DNA from: Prasinococcaceae sp. CCMP 1430
Taxonomy: Eukaryota; Plantae; Prasinodermophyta
NCBI GenBank assembly: GCA_013416795.1
Contig: RQSC01000020.1
Location: 142,535-203,812 of the forward strand
Length of the DNA: 61,278 nucleotides
Reading direction: 5' to 3'
Shown: in pieces, positions 27,847 through 38,978 of the stretch
How the letters are laid out: every line of letters begins with the position of its first letter
Position numbering within the stretch: position 1 is the stretch's first letter
Made by a program: the position numbers and the translations under genes
The notes under the pieces: model-generated
Told to the model about the DNA's origin: nothing
The model's input: the letters and a program-made list of their open reading frames with translations, nothing else
The model's database searches: none

Positions 27847-30475
27847 ATGGGGACGCGATGGAGCCCGCTGTCCGTGCTGCTTGCGCTCGGCTTCGTGCTG
27901 CAGCTCGGCACGGTGGTTATGCTGCTGACGGGGCTGGACGGCTTCGGCCGCGGCGGCGGCGGGCCGGACGCGCTCGCATTTGCCGCGGATGACGCGCCGG
28001 CGACCGGCCTCGAACCTCGGCGCAAGCACAGCGGGCGCGCAGCGCTCACGGGGGCGATGCTTACGGGGGGCGCGACGGCCGGGAAACTAGCGCGCACAGA
28101 CGGCGGCAGGGGTGGCGGTGAGCGCGAGCAGGGGCTGTCGACCAGCCTCGTCTTTCCTGCGCCGGCCTTCGGCACCGTGCCGGCGTACGACCCACGCCTG
28201 CACAACGGCGTCGCGATCGCGGTGAAAGTGCGTGTGCCCACTCGTGCAGTCTGAGCGCCTGCGCCCATGCTCGCTCTTCTCTGCGCGCGCTGACGTCCCC
28301 GCTTCACTCCGTCGCGGCACCGCGCGCCGGGCGTTGCCCCCGCGCGCCGCCCAGACCTTTAACAGGCCCGATTGCATCGCGCGCTCTGTGGAACGCTGGC
28401 GGTCCGTGCTGCCGCACGTGCCGTTCTACTACCTCGACGACGGGACGGAATCGACAGAAGCGAGCCTGGCGGCGCTCGCAGCGCATCCGCGAGCGACGCG
28501 CGTCGACGCCGGGGGGTTCGACGTTGGCACGGCCGCGGGGCGCAACATGCTTGTCGACGCGATCGCGCGCGATGGGTATGCGTACACCATCATGGCCGAC
28601 GAGGACTTCATGGTGGACGAGCGCTTTGACCTGCGCACGCTGTGGGGGGCGCTGCACGAGGCCGGCGCCGACATTGTTGGCATCAACCGCTGCGAGACGT
28701 ACGGACAGTGCCGCGGCCATCACGCGCTCGTGCGCGCCGAGGGGCGCATCTTCGTGCTGCCCAATGTCACGCGATGGGGCGCGCCGCCCACTCCCACCGG
28801 CGCGTGCGTGCGCACAGACCTCGTGCAGCAGATTTTCCTGGCACGCACGCAGAGCCTGGTGGACTCGCCCTGGGACGACTCGCTCAAGAACAACGACCAC
28901 TACGACATGTTTCTGTCTGCGCAGGCCAACGCTCTGAAGGTGTACTACTGCCCGGGCATTCAGGTCAGCCATGAGCCCCTGTGCCAGTGCACGGGCAAGG
29001 CGGCCGTGTCGCCGCAGGCCGCCGCGATGGGCGCGGGTTGCGCATCCCGCGGCAAGTACCTGCAGACGCGCGGGCGGCGCTGGGAGACGTTCGTGCCGTA
29101 CCTCGCGCAGAAGTGGAACTACAGCGAGCTTTGGGACGAGGAGTCAAAGATCATCAGGCCCCGCAAGGATGGCGCCACGGTCGTGCGCACGCCCTTCAGT
29201 CCGGCTCGCTTGACCGTCAGCGCAAGCGTGGGCGGCTCTCGTGCCGCCGCAGCGCTGCGCCATCTCGCGCCCATGCGGGTCCAGGCGCACGCTGCCGCTG
29301 AGGCCCTCGACGGCGCCAAGACTCTCAAGAAGGCAGAAATGCTACAGGTTGATAGATGCAGGTTCAGACAGACGATTGGAGACGGTGAAAACTCTGTGAG
29401 CTGGTCTGGACTCGGGACGGACTCGCTGTGCCCTTACTTGTCTACCCTCTTGCATGTGGACGACGCGAGCGGCGTTGGCGGCGTCCAGACAGCGCAGGTC
29501 GCAGAGACCAGTGCCGGCGTGGCTGTCGCACCTCGCATCACCATCGTGCTCCTCGCGCATGTCACCTCGGACGCGTCCAACGCACACGTGGGCGACCTCG
29601 TCGAAGCCGACCATCGTGACGCGCTCTCGGCAGTGATGTATGTGCAGGAGAGCGCGCGGGTGCTGGCAACCGAGCTGGGCGACGCCGCGGCAGCCGTGGC
29701 GCCCGCATTTCTTCTTGACGATGCCGGTGGGAGAGTCGCGTCGGAGCGGCTGGCGGACATGCACTGGGAGTGCTATCACGTCTTGTCAAGCGGCGACCCC
29801 GGAGTCGCAGCTGAGGCCGCGCGGGATGTTGCCCGCGCCTGCGGCAAGCACGCCTCTGCGGGCGGCAGCTCAGAGGTGATCCTGGTGGTGCTGCCCTCGC
29901 CGTGGGTGCGTGTGACGGGCGAGGCAGCGCGCGGCGTGCGAACCTTCGGCGCAGCGGATGGGTTCGCATATGCGCCCGTCGCGCCCTCATGGGCGGTGGG
30001 ACTGCTCGCGGCGCCGGTAGAGGATGTCGTGGCCGTGCTGGCGGGGGCGGGCAAGGGCGCCAACACCAAAGGCGTGCGCAAATCCGGACTAGGTGGCCTT
30101 CTCGCGCCTGCAGCTCGAGCACTGGCGCAATCCGGCTGGGTTTTGCTTCGAGACCGCCCCGCCGACGGGCTGAAAGACTTGGTGCGCTCGCCAGGACTGT
30201 CGCACGCGGAGCTCGCCGCGGCGGCGCTCAGCGAGCACATCTCCCTGCCACTTGACGGTGTGCTCGGCCACGCTGTCGCGCAAGCCGTCGCGCGCGTTGC
30301 GCCCGGGGCGGCCATGCGGAGCCTCAGCGTCGTCCGTGTGTTGGATGACACGAGCGGCGGGAAGCCAGTCGCGACCGAGACGCTCGTCGCCGAGCTGTTT
30401 GGCGTTGGCGGCAGAGCCGCGCGCCTCGCGCGCTTGCAACACCCCGTCGGCGACCGTCTCGTCGAGCTCAAGTGA
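27847..30475 (+). CDS. Type II membrane GT-A glycosyltransferase, B4GALNT1/2 (GT12)-like, with C-terminal extension; intron 28228-28354
   Basis: N-terminal TM helix, then AIAVK|TFNRP, YYLDDG, AGRNMLV, MADEDF, CVRTDLVQQIFLART and HYDMFL. Confidence 0.7.
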
Positions 30476-30561
30476 CGCGTGTGATGAATACCACTAATAA
30501 TTTACTGGACTATAATTACATCACCACGTCCCGCCGGTGTGACCGAGCCCCTGCGGTGCGC

Positions 30562-31253
30562 TCAGTGAGGCATCTTGTCGCGCACATCACGCATTATCCT
30601 GCGCATGAACTTGAGCCGCGTGGTGGCCTCTGCCGCCGCGCGCACGTCCTCGCCCGCGAATGCTGCGCTCAGTGCGCTGACCTCGGTGGACACGCGTCCG
30701 TTTAGGCGATCGTGCATGTCCGTGAGGGCGTCGACACCCTTCGAAGCGGCGGCCTCGGCCTCCTCGTCAAGCTCCATCACCTCCATGAGCAGCGCCGGCG
30801 ACGTCGCGTTGCTCCCAGTCTCGTCACCCCCAATGAGGCCGAGCAGTGCCTCGGCGCGCTTGAGAGGGTCGCGCAAAGCGCCGACGGCGAGATTGACGGC
30901 GCGGGATGCCTCCTCGGCGGCAGCGACGACGCGGTCGCCGCCGCTTGCCGCGAACTTGTCCGGGTGCAGCTCACGCTGCAGGCCGCGATAGGCGGCCTCG
31001 AGCTCCTTTTCGTCGATGTCGAAGGTCCTGTCAAGGCCGAGGAGTGCGAAGGGGTCGTCGACATCAAATTTCCTGTCGAGGCCGAGAAGCGCGAAGGGGT
31101 CCCTACGCGCCATCTCCTCCGCCGCCTCGGCTGCTGGCTGCGGCACGTCGCAGCCGCCTGCGGCCGCGTTGCAGTACGGCGCTCGCTGGATGCGCGCGCC
31201 GCAGCTCGCGCACTCGGTGCGCGCGCCGCCGCGCACGGCTGCGGCAGCAAGAG
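30562..31253 (-). CDS. HSCB: Fe-S cluster co-chaperone HscB/HSC20 (5' end in gap)
   Basis: Cys cluster CASC...C...C, J-domain YRGLQRELHPDKF, VN.A...LRDPLKRAE.LL, and C-terminal LMEVMEL.E. Confidence 0.9.
31012..31101 (-). repeat. Diverged 45-bp tandem duplication within the HSCB J-domain
   Basis: DPFALLGLDRKFDVD followed by DPFALLGLDRTFDID. The copies differ at 8 of 45 nt, 5 of them synonymous. Confidence 0.9.
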
Positions 31254-31335
31254 NNNNNNNNNNNNNNNNNNNNNNNNNNNNNNNNNNNNNNNNNNNNNNN
31301 NNNNNNNNNNNNNNNNNNNNNNNNNNNNNNNNNNN
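31254..31335. other. Assembly gap (82 N)
   Basis: Run of N between the divergent HSCB and LysM genes. Both start codons are missing. Confidence 1.
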
Positions 31336-33074
31336 CGCGCGGCAGCGCGGGCGGCGTTCGGCAACGCCGCCGCTGCGCCCCCGAGCGCGCGGCCCTACAC
31401 CGTGCGCCCGGGCGACACCGTGTCGTCCATCTGCAGAAAGAGAGGCTTCGATGAGAAGCAGGTGCGGGTAGGCAGGGTGGGGCGCGATGCAAGAGCTCGC
31501 GCGCGCGCGTGCGCGGTGCCTCGGGTCCCGCCTGCCCGCACCCATCCCAGCGAGCGTTTGCGCCCGCTCAAAATACCGCCCGCATGCGCTGGCGGGGGAT
31601 GTTGCCGTGGCAGCACACGCGCACCCACGATGATGTCCGCCGCACCGCCAAAATGCTGCAACAGGTGCACTGCGGGGAAGGGATTGGGGCGCGTGCATCG
31701 CATCGCGGCGAGGCGCGCTTGCCGCACCCCTCCTGCTCCAACCCCCCGCTGGCTCGCTCCCCTCGGGCAGCGCGTGAATGTTTGTGAACCTCAAAAGCGT
31801 GTACGCATCCTGGCGGCCCCTCCGGACCGTTTGAGAGGTGCTCGAGGGGCGCGCTCGCGGCCGTGCTGTGCTAGCCTAGCAGTCGCCGCGTCCTGACGAG
31901 CCTCCCTGCGCCCGCCCGCCCGTGCCCGCCCGTTTCGCCGGGTGCGCGCTCAACAGGTGTACGCGATGAACCCGATGCTGCGAGGCGGGGAGGGTGCGTC
32001 GACGCTCTCGCCTGGCCAGACGATCCTCGTGCCGGGCGCCAAGTACAGCGCCCGCGACATGGAAATCCTCGCGGGGCTCGCTGCGGGGGTCGGCAAGGGA
32101 GGCGTGCGTACGTACCCCGCGCGCGAGGGCGAGACCGCGGAGGCGGTCGCCTCGGTGCGCGACGTGACGATGGCGGAGCTACGCGAGCTCAACCCAGGCC
32201 TGAACGTGCGAAGGAAGCTCAAGGGTGGAGAGACACTGGTGCTTCCGCCGGGCAAGTTTTCCGAGCGCGAGTTGGAGATGCTTCAAGGGATCTTGCCGAC
32301 GAGCTCGTACACTGGAAAGGACGCTCCCAACCTGATCACGGGCCTTGTGAATGCGGTGACCAAGGCCAAGGCCGGCGCGGGCGCGCGGCCCTACACAGTG
32401 CGCGCTGGCGACACGGTCGGCTCGATCTGTGCGAAGCGCGACATCCCGATCGACCTAGTGATTTCGCTCAACCCGGTGCTGAAGGAGTCGGGCGGCGACG
32501 TCCTGCTGGCGGGCGAGAAACTGCTCATCCCTGGCCACCGCTACAGCGCTCGCGACCGCGAAATCATGGCGGGCATCGCGACGGGTGTCGGCAAGGGAGG
32601 CACGCGCACGTATCCGCTGCGCGAGGGCGAGCGCCTCACCGACGTACTGCGCGCGAGGGACATTAGCATGGCTGAGGTGGAGGAGCTCAACCCTGGCGTC
32701 AACCTCAAGCAGCTGCCAGCGGGGGCGACCATCATCCTGCCAGGCAAGGTCCGTCTCGTGCGCGCACCCGCACGCTGTGCTGGGTGCTCCGCCGGGTGCT
32801 GCCCTGGCGCCTGCTCTCGCGACGTCGCTTGTCTCCCTGTGACGCTGACCGCGCCCCCACCCCCACACACACACACACACTTTCAAATGACTGGCGGCGG
32901 GCGCCGCAGTTTTCTCGCCGCGAGCGGGAGGTGCTGTCGGGTCTGATGCCCGCGCAGGTCACCGGCTCGGCCAATACGCCCCTCGCTGGATTCGCGACGG
33001 TGTCGCTCACCGCTGCCGTTGCCGCAATCGTCGCCGGTTCGTGGCTCTCAAAGCGCTGGAGCTCGGGTAAATGA
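31336..33074 (+). CDS. Four-LysM-domain protein with C-terminal membrane anchor; introns 31462-31956 and 32749-32909; 5' end in gap
   Basis: YTVRPGDTVSSI...NP...PGQTILVP, a second LysM, YTVRAGDTVGSI..., a fourth LysM, and hydrophobic tail FATVSLTAAVAAIVAGSWL. Confidence 0.85.
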
Positions 33075-33206
33075 CTCAGAGACATCTCCAATACGCACAG
33101 TATCAATCATGCACACCTTGGCTGCGCGCTGGCGCTTGTGCGCACATGTTGGGCGTGCCCTGCAACGCACACAGGTCAATTTTACCACCGCGGGCTCCCA
33201 CGAAGC

Positions 33207-33830
33207 TCACAGCCCCTGCAAGGCCTTCAACCGCTTTGCAGTCTCCTCGTCGAGCTCGTCCTCGACATCCGCTTCCGACGCCTTGCGCTTCCCCGCGCCC
33301 GCCGCCTCGGCCGCTGCGCCGGGCGCCTCGGCCTCGAGCTCGTCCTCGTCAGGCAGAGGGGTGTTCCACCAGATTGGCGCGCCCTTGTCGCTGCTGCAGC
33401 ACGACACGCAGCCCGTCGTGGCGGCCGGGGCGAGCTGCGCGTGGTGGCGCTTGTGCAACGGTATGCGGCAGATCGACGTCGTGCCGAAGTTGGTGTTCTG
33501 CGTAGAGATGGCTTGCAGCGAGCACAGCTTCTCGTACCCTTGCTTGCGCCACTGTTTCATGAGCGGCATGTCAACCACCTTCTCGCGCCCGAGCCACTCG
33601 TACAGCTCGCGCGAGATGGCCTTCTTGCGCCAGAAGAGGTCGTAGACGTAGCGGCTCTTCTCCCAGTGCAGCCGCGTGATGCGCCACGTGAGCTCGTTCT
33701 TGCGCTTGCCAGAGTGGTCCTCGTTGACGGCGTCGCGCAGCTGCTCCTCGTACTGCTGGATCGTCTCACGCACGAGGTCGATGCCCGGCGGGGGCCGGCG
33801 CGTGGCAATCTTGCGCTTGAGCGTCGACAT
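33207..33830 (-). CDS. Divergent BUD31/G10-like protein
   Basis: PPPG.DLV, EDHSGKRKNE, SRYVYDLFW.KKAISRELYEW, WRKQGYEKLC and NTNFGTTSICRIP. Several Zn-ligand cysteines are missing, and there is an acidic/basic tail. Confidence 0.85.
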   Translation of the reverse strand: MSTLKRKIATRRPPPGIDLVRETIQQYEEQLRDAVNEDHSGKRKNELTWRITRLHWEKSRYVYDLFWRKKAISRELYEWLGREKVVDMPLMKQWRKQGYEKLCSLQAISTQNTNFGTTSICRIPLHKRHHAQLAPAATTGCVSCCSSDKGAPIWWNTPLPDEDELEAEAPGAAAEAAGAGKRKASEADVEDELDEETAKRLKALQGL

Positions 33831-34399
33831 GGCGTCGGTCTTCCTTTGAGGGCTCGATGCGCGAGGCTAGTGCCTCGTCGGCTGCGCACGAGGGCAGCGC
33901 CCCGCCCAGCGCGCGCCGCAGACCGCTGCGCGCGCCCCGCTTCGCCCCAGCCCGCGAGCGCCCGCGCGCACCGGGGTCGCCGCCCGCCCGCCTTTTCCCC
34001 GCCTCGCTACCTCCAACTCGCGCGCCCCGTCGTCCTCAAAGGCGGGCTGGCACACCGCCCGCCCCGCCCGCACCCGCCTCGCCTTCACCCGCGCGCGGTG
34101 TGGCGCGCGGCCGCCCCCCGTGTGCTGCTGCGGCGCGCAGACATTACGGATGGGACGACAAATGTCTCCGAGTCTTCACACTTTCGATCTCGAATTCCAT
34201 AATAATTCACACTCAAAATTTAAAATGGGGAAACGACGCGACGCGGAGGCAGACCCTTCACATCGCGTGGTCGCGGCCCCGTGTTCTTTTTGGCCGGCGC
34301 TCGAGCTGCGGCCCGAGGTCGGAGTCGAACCCTCGCGCGGCGCGAGGCGCGGCGGATGCGCGTTTGATTTGGATTTGTTTTGATGGACTCCAGGGGTTG

Positions 34400-34429
34400 G
34401 GGTTTGGGTTTGGGTTTGGGTTTGGGTTC
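34400..34429 (+). repeat. Telomere-like (GGGTTT)4 GGGTTC tract in the BUD31-like/NOP14 divergent promoter
   Basis: Read directly from the sequence at 34400-34429. Confidence 0.85.
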
Positions 34430-34527
34430 GGTCGCGGCGGCTGCGGCGGCGGCTGCGTCGCGCGCGCGGGCGGCGGCACAGCACGCACGGGCGCGGGCGC
34501 GGCGGGCGCAGGCGCCGTGCGGGGGGG

Positions 34528-37491
34528 ATGGGGCGCAAGCAGAGCAAGTCCTCGGCGAAGGCGTCGCGAGGCGGCGGCGGCGGCGGCAGCGGGGGCCGTC
34601 GCGCGGGCGCGGGAGCGGATGGCGAGGGCTCGCTCTTCGACCGGCGCTTCACCAAGAACAAGTTCAGCGTGCTGGGTCGGAAAGTGAAGGGCGCGGGCGA
34701 CGGCACCAACGTGGCGCGGCGTCGCTCGGAGGCACAGGCGAGGCGCTCGAAGACGCTGCTCGACGAGTTCCGCCGCGCGGGCGAGGGCCGGCGCAACGCG
34801 TTCGACGACCGCCGCCTTGGCGAGCGCGACCGTGACCTCGCGGGCGATGAGGACGCCAAAGCAATGCTGCGCTTTCAGCGACTGCGCGCAGGCGGCGGGC
34901 GCAAGGCGCGCTTCGCGCTCGGAGAGGACGACGAGGGCGGCAGTGGCAGCGGATTCTTCACGCACAACGGCCGCGCGCTGGGCGAGTCGCTCGACGCCAC
35001 CGAGCTTCTCGACGGCGGCGGCGAGGGCAGCGACGGCGACGAGGATGACCTCGACCGTGCTCTCGACGGCAAGCTCACCGACGCGCTGCAATTTGGCGGC
35101 GGCTATCGGGAGGCTGCGGCCAACGCCGCAAACGCCGGCGCAGACCCTGGCCGCCAGAAGACCAAGCGCGAGGTCATGGCCGAGCTCATCGCCAAGAGCA
35201 AGGCCTTCAAGCACGAGCGCCAGAAACTGAAGGAGGAAGACGAGGAGCTGCGTAATCAGCTCGACGAGACTTTCCGCGAGCTCGCGGCTTCGGGCGCTCT
35301 GGCCAAGGGGAGCTCAAGGGGGCCGATGGGCGCCACCCCTCGCGGCCGCGAGGTGCCGGACGAATTTGACAAGCAGGCGAGAGCGCTCGGCATGGAGGCG
35401 CGCGGCCACGCGGGCAATCGCACCAAGACCGCCGAAGAGGTTGCCGAGGAGCGACGCGAGCGCCTGGAGGAGCTTGAAGCGCAGCGGCAGCGACGCATGC
35501 GCGGAGACCTCTCTTCTGACGACGAGGACGGCGCTGACTCAGACGGCGGGGCTGATGGGCGCGCCGGCCGGCCGGCGCGCAAGCCGCGCAAAGAGAGCGG
35601 CGACGCCTTGGATGAGAACTTCGTGCTCTCCGACGAAGAGGGCGACGAAGATGCCGACGAAGACTCTGAGGATGAAGACGATATGTCCGGCGAGGAGGCC
35701 GATGGCGAGGCGGGCGCTGGGCCGGGGTCGGATGAAAAGGAGGATATGGACTCCGGGGAGGACGAGGACTACGATGACGACGAGGATTACGACGAGGAGG
35801 CGGAGGCAGCAATCGACGCGCGCATCGCCGAGGCACTGCGGCAGAGACGCGCGATGGAGGCCGGAGCGGCCACCAAGCCCCTCGCCAAGGCAGGTGACGG
35901 CGCGGGCGAGCCCGCATTTGAGCAGGACGACAGTGACAGCGAGGGCGCGGGCGACAGGAGCGACGCAGAAGCTGGCGGCACGCGGGGCGGTCGCGGTACG
36001 GGTGCGGAGGGAGCGAGCATAACAGCCGAGGCTATGGCCGCGGCGCGCAGTGCGCTGCCCTTCACCATCGCCGCGCCGGCAACGTACAAGGAATTCGCAA
36101 TGCTCGTGCGCGACAGGCCAGCATCGGAGCTCGCCGAGGCAATCGAGCGCATCCGCGCGTGCACGGCAGTCGAGCTATCCCACGAGAACCGCCGCAAGTT
36201 GCAATCGTTTTATGGTGTGCTGCTGTCGCACTACGGTGCGGTGTCGGACGCTCTACCCTTGGACCAGCCGATGCTCGACGCAATGGTCACGCCGCTGCTT
36301 GAAATGACCGCACAGCTGCCGCTGTACGCGGCGACGGCTGCCCGGGCGCACCTGCTGCAGGCACACACGAAGCTGTGCGACGCGCTTGAGGCCAAGGGTG
36401 GCTCGCACGCACGTTGGCCCGCGCGCCGCACCATGCTCATGGTGAAGCTTTGGTGCATGGCCTTCCCAGTGTCGGATGCGCGGCACCCGGTGGTTACGCC
36501 CGTGTCCCTGCTGCTCGGCCACGCACTGTGCATGTGCCCACTGGAGCGCGCGCAGCACGCAGCACACGCGCTCTTCTGCGCGCAGCTCGCCACTCACATG
36601 GCAACGCCCGGTGGCAGGCTCTTTCCGGAGGCCATCGTCACGCTCGCACAGCTGCTCGAGGGAGCCGCCCCCGAGGGCGCCGTGGAGCCAAATCCGACCG
36701 CGGAACCGGCCCGAAGAGCGAAACCATTGCTGCGCGTGGACGCGGGCGCGGACCACGCCGATGCGGACGAGCTTGCTGAGCTCGTCGACACCAACGCGGG
36801 ACCTGCAGAGCTGGTGCTGGACTTCGGGGAGGTCATGGACAGCGCGGAGCTCATGGAGACGGGCGCCGACGCTGATGGCTCGGCAGAGGATCTGCTGACC
36901 TCGGTGCGTTTCCGGCTGGGCGCGACCACCGCAGCAGCGGCGTGCGCTGCGCGTCTCGCCGAAGGGCTGCGTGAGCTGCCGAGCGCCGCCGAGGCGCTCG
37001 AACCGCTGGCAGTTGCGCTGCGTGCGTGTGAGGACGCCGAGCACTGGCCAGTGGCCCTGCGTGCGCACGCCGGGGCGTGCGCTCAGCGCGTGCAGCACGT
37101 GATGGACAGCTGCGTGGCCGGCCGCGTGCCGCTCAGGATGTTCGCGGATAGGAAGGCGGTGCGCAGCATCAAGCAGTTCACGCCGAGATTTGAGGAGGAC
37201 TTCAACCCTCTGCAGAACTATGACCCCGATCGCGAGCGGGCGGACGCAAAGAAGATGAAGCGCCAGATTGCGAAGGAGGCGCGCGGTGCGGCGCGTGAGC
37301 TTCGCAAGGACAATCACTTCCTTGCAGATGCGCGCGAGGAGCGGCAGGAGGCCAACCGCGAAGAGATCGCCGCCGGCCACAAGCGCGGACGCGCGCTTCT
37401 TGAGGAGACAGAGACAGCATGGAAAACAGGGGGCGGCAAGCGCAAGAAGGCGAGCAGGCTGCGCGACCTCAAGGCCGCCGGCAAGCGGTAG
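34528..37491 (+). CDS. NOP14: Nucleolar protein 14 (SSU processome)
   Basis: KFSVLGRK, F.DRRLGE, KTKREVMAELIAKSKAFKHERQ, P.NRTKT.EE.A, FPVSDARHPVVTP and PRFEEDFNP..NYDPDRER are present. Confidence 0.93.
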   Translation: MGRKQSKSSAKASRGGGGGGSGGRRAGAGADGEGSLFDRRFTKNKFSVLGRKVKGAGDGTNVARRRSEAQARRSKTLLDEFRRAGEGRRNAFDDRRLGERDRDLAGDEDAKAMLRFQRLRAGGGRKARFALGEDDEGGSGSGFFTHNGRALGESLDATELLDGGGEGSDGDEDDLDRALDGKLTDALQFGGGYREAAANAANAGADPGRQKTKREVMAELIAKSKAFKHERQKLKEEDEELRNQLDETFRELAASGALAKGSSRGPMGATPRGREVPDEFDKQARALGMEARGHAGNRTKTAEEVAEERRERLEELEAQRQRRMRGDLSSDDEDGADSDGGADGRAGRPARKPRKESGDALDENFVLSDEEGDEDADEDSEDEDDMSGEEADGEAGAGPGSDEKEDMDSGEDEDYDDDEDYDEEAEAAIDARIAEALRQRRAMEAGAATKPLAKAGDGAGEPAFEQDDSDSEGAGDRSDAEAGGTRGGRGTGAEGASITAEAMAAARSALPFTIAAPATYKEFAMLVRDRPASELAEAIERIRACTAVELSHENRRKLQSFYGVLLSHYGAVSDALPLDQPMLDAMVTPLLEMTAQLPLYAATAARAHLLQAHTKLCDALEAKGGSHARWPARRTMLMVKLWCMAFPVSDARHPVVTPVSLLLGHALCMCPLERAQHAAHALFCAQLATHMATPGGRLFPEAIVTLAQLLEGAAPEGAVEPNPTAEPARRAKPLLRVDAGADHADADELAELVDTNAGPAELVLDFGEVMDSAELMETGADADGSAEDLLTSVRFRLGATTAAAACAARLAEGLRELPSAAEALEPLAVALRACEDAEHWPVALRAHAGACAQRVQHVMDSCVAGRVPLRMFADRKAVRSIKQFTPRFEEDFNPLQNYDPDRERADAKKMKRQIAKEARGAARELRKDNHFLADAREERQEANREEIAAGHKRGRALLEETETAWKTGGGKRKKASRLRDLKAAGKR

Positions 37492-37587
37492 AAAGAACGC
37501 CGAGCGCACACACCCCCGTTTGGATGCCCCTCGCTTGGGATTCAGATGCTGCAGATTAATACTTGTGAGTGACGCACAGGCACACGC

Positions 37588-38709
37588 TCACCTCGCGGGC
37601 GCCCACGGCAACTCCTGGTCGAACCAGCGTGGTCCACAGTAGACGAGCAGCTCGGCCATCGCCGGGCATTCGGCAGTGTTGACGGCCGCAGCACGCGCGT
37701 AAGGGTCACGGCCCGTGCGCTGCGAAGCGCGGAGAGCACCAGATGGGGGGGGGGAGTGCGTGGGCGCGCAGCGCGGGCGAGCACGTGGCAGGCGAGTTGG
37801 AAAAGGTCAGCACGCATTCCCGCGCGCCTCGGGAACGCCAGGCGAGCGCGAACACACCTTTCCCCCCAGCTCTCCTCCGCATCCGTAATGATCTGCACGC
37901 CATGCTTCCAGAGTGCGCTCCTCTGCCCGCTCGGCGTTCTCACGTGCCGCGGGTGCTGCCGCGAAACCCAAGTAATGGAAGCGCTCAGTCGGGAAGCGCA
38001 CCGCCGCACGGTGCACCTCTTCGAAGCGCGTGCGCTTGAAGTCATAGCCGACAACGGTGAAGCGTTCGGGGTAGTGCCCCGCGAGCTCATAGAAACGACA
38101 GAGCGCAAACAAGACGTTCTCATACGAGTCACGCGCACCCTCCTCGGTGACCGCGCGCCAGCGAACCGAGTCGCGCGAGCCATACCAACCCGCGGCGTCC
38201 GCGACACTCCAGTAGCTCGTCGCCTCGGAGCGCGGGCCGGCGTCGATGCGCGTCTCACCGCCTGAGAACATGAGCATGGCAGTGTCATCCGCGGCTGTGG
38301 CCTCCACGCCTGCGCGGATGTGCTCGACGAACGTCTCCGCCTGGCCTGGTACGCGCTGATAGCTCTCGAGCAGCCACGCGCTGTTCCGCGAGGCAGCGTC
38401 TGGTGAGAAGTCGTGGCCCATGTACACCGCGTGCCCCGCCACCAGCACGAGGTGTGTGAGGTCCGCGTAGCGGTCGAGGTGGGTGTGGCTGCGCGTGCGA
38501 ACCGAGGACGCGCGTGCACGGCGCGGGGCGACCCGCCTGTCGTCACTCGCGCCACCGACCGAGGCGTGCAGTTCCCCCGTCACTAGCAGCACGAGGCTGA
38601 CGAGGCCGAGTGCGGCAAACGCAAACACCAGCGCGAGCGCGAGCGCGGTGCTGCGGCGTGCGCCATGGCGAATCGAGGGACGCGGTGGGTACACGGGTGC
38701 GAAGGGCAT
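37588..38709 (-). CDS. DUF218-like membrane-anchored protein (yeast YOR238W / S. pombe C57A10.07-like); intron 37720-37857
   Basis: N-terminal TM helix, HLVLVAGHAVY, LMFSGGET, SEATSY, EEGARDSYENVLFALCRF, FKRTRF...H, and exon 2 RDPY...C. Confidence 0.75.
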
Positions 38710-38978
38710 CGTCGAGGGCAAGCTCACCACCGGCGGTGCGCCCGCCGCTGGTGCGGCGGCCGCCCCGCGCGCCCTGTGGCCCCGCGGTCGCGGTGGGCCC
38801 AGGCGGCAATCACCGCGCAAGTGCGCACTTTCTGGCGCGCAGCAGCCCGCAACAGACGCAGATTCGCCACAAATGCCGCGCGCGGCGCGCAGCCCACGCG
38901 CGCCGCACGCAGCGCGGCGCTCGCCCTAGCTTGTCTTACCGCGGGCGAGCGGGGCGGACGCTGCCAATAACGGGTGCG

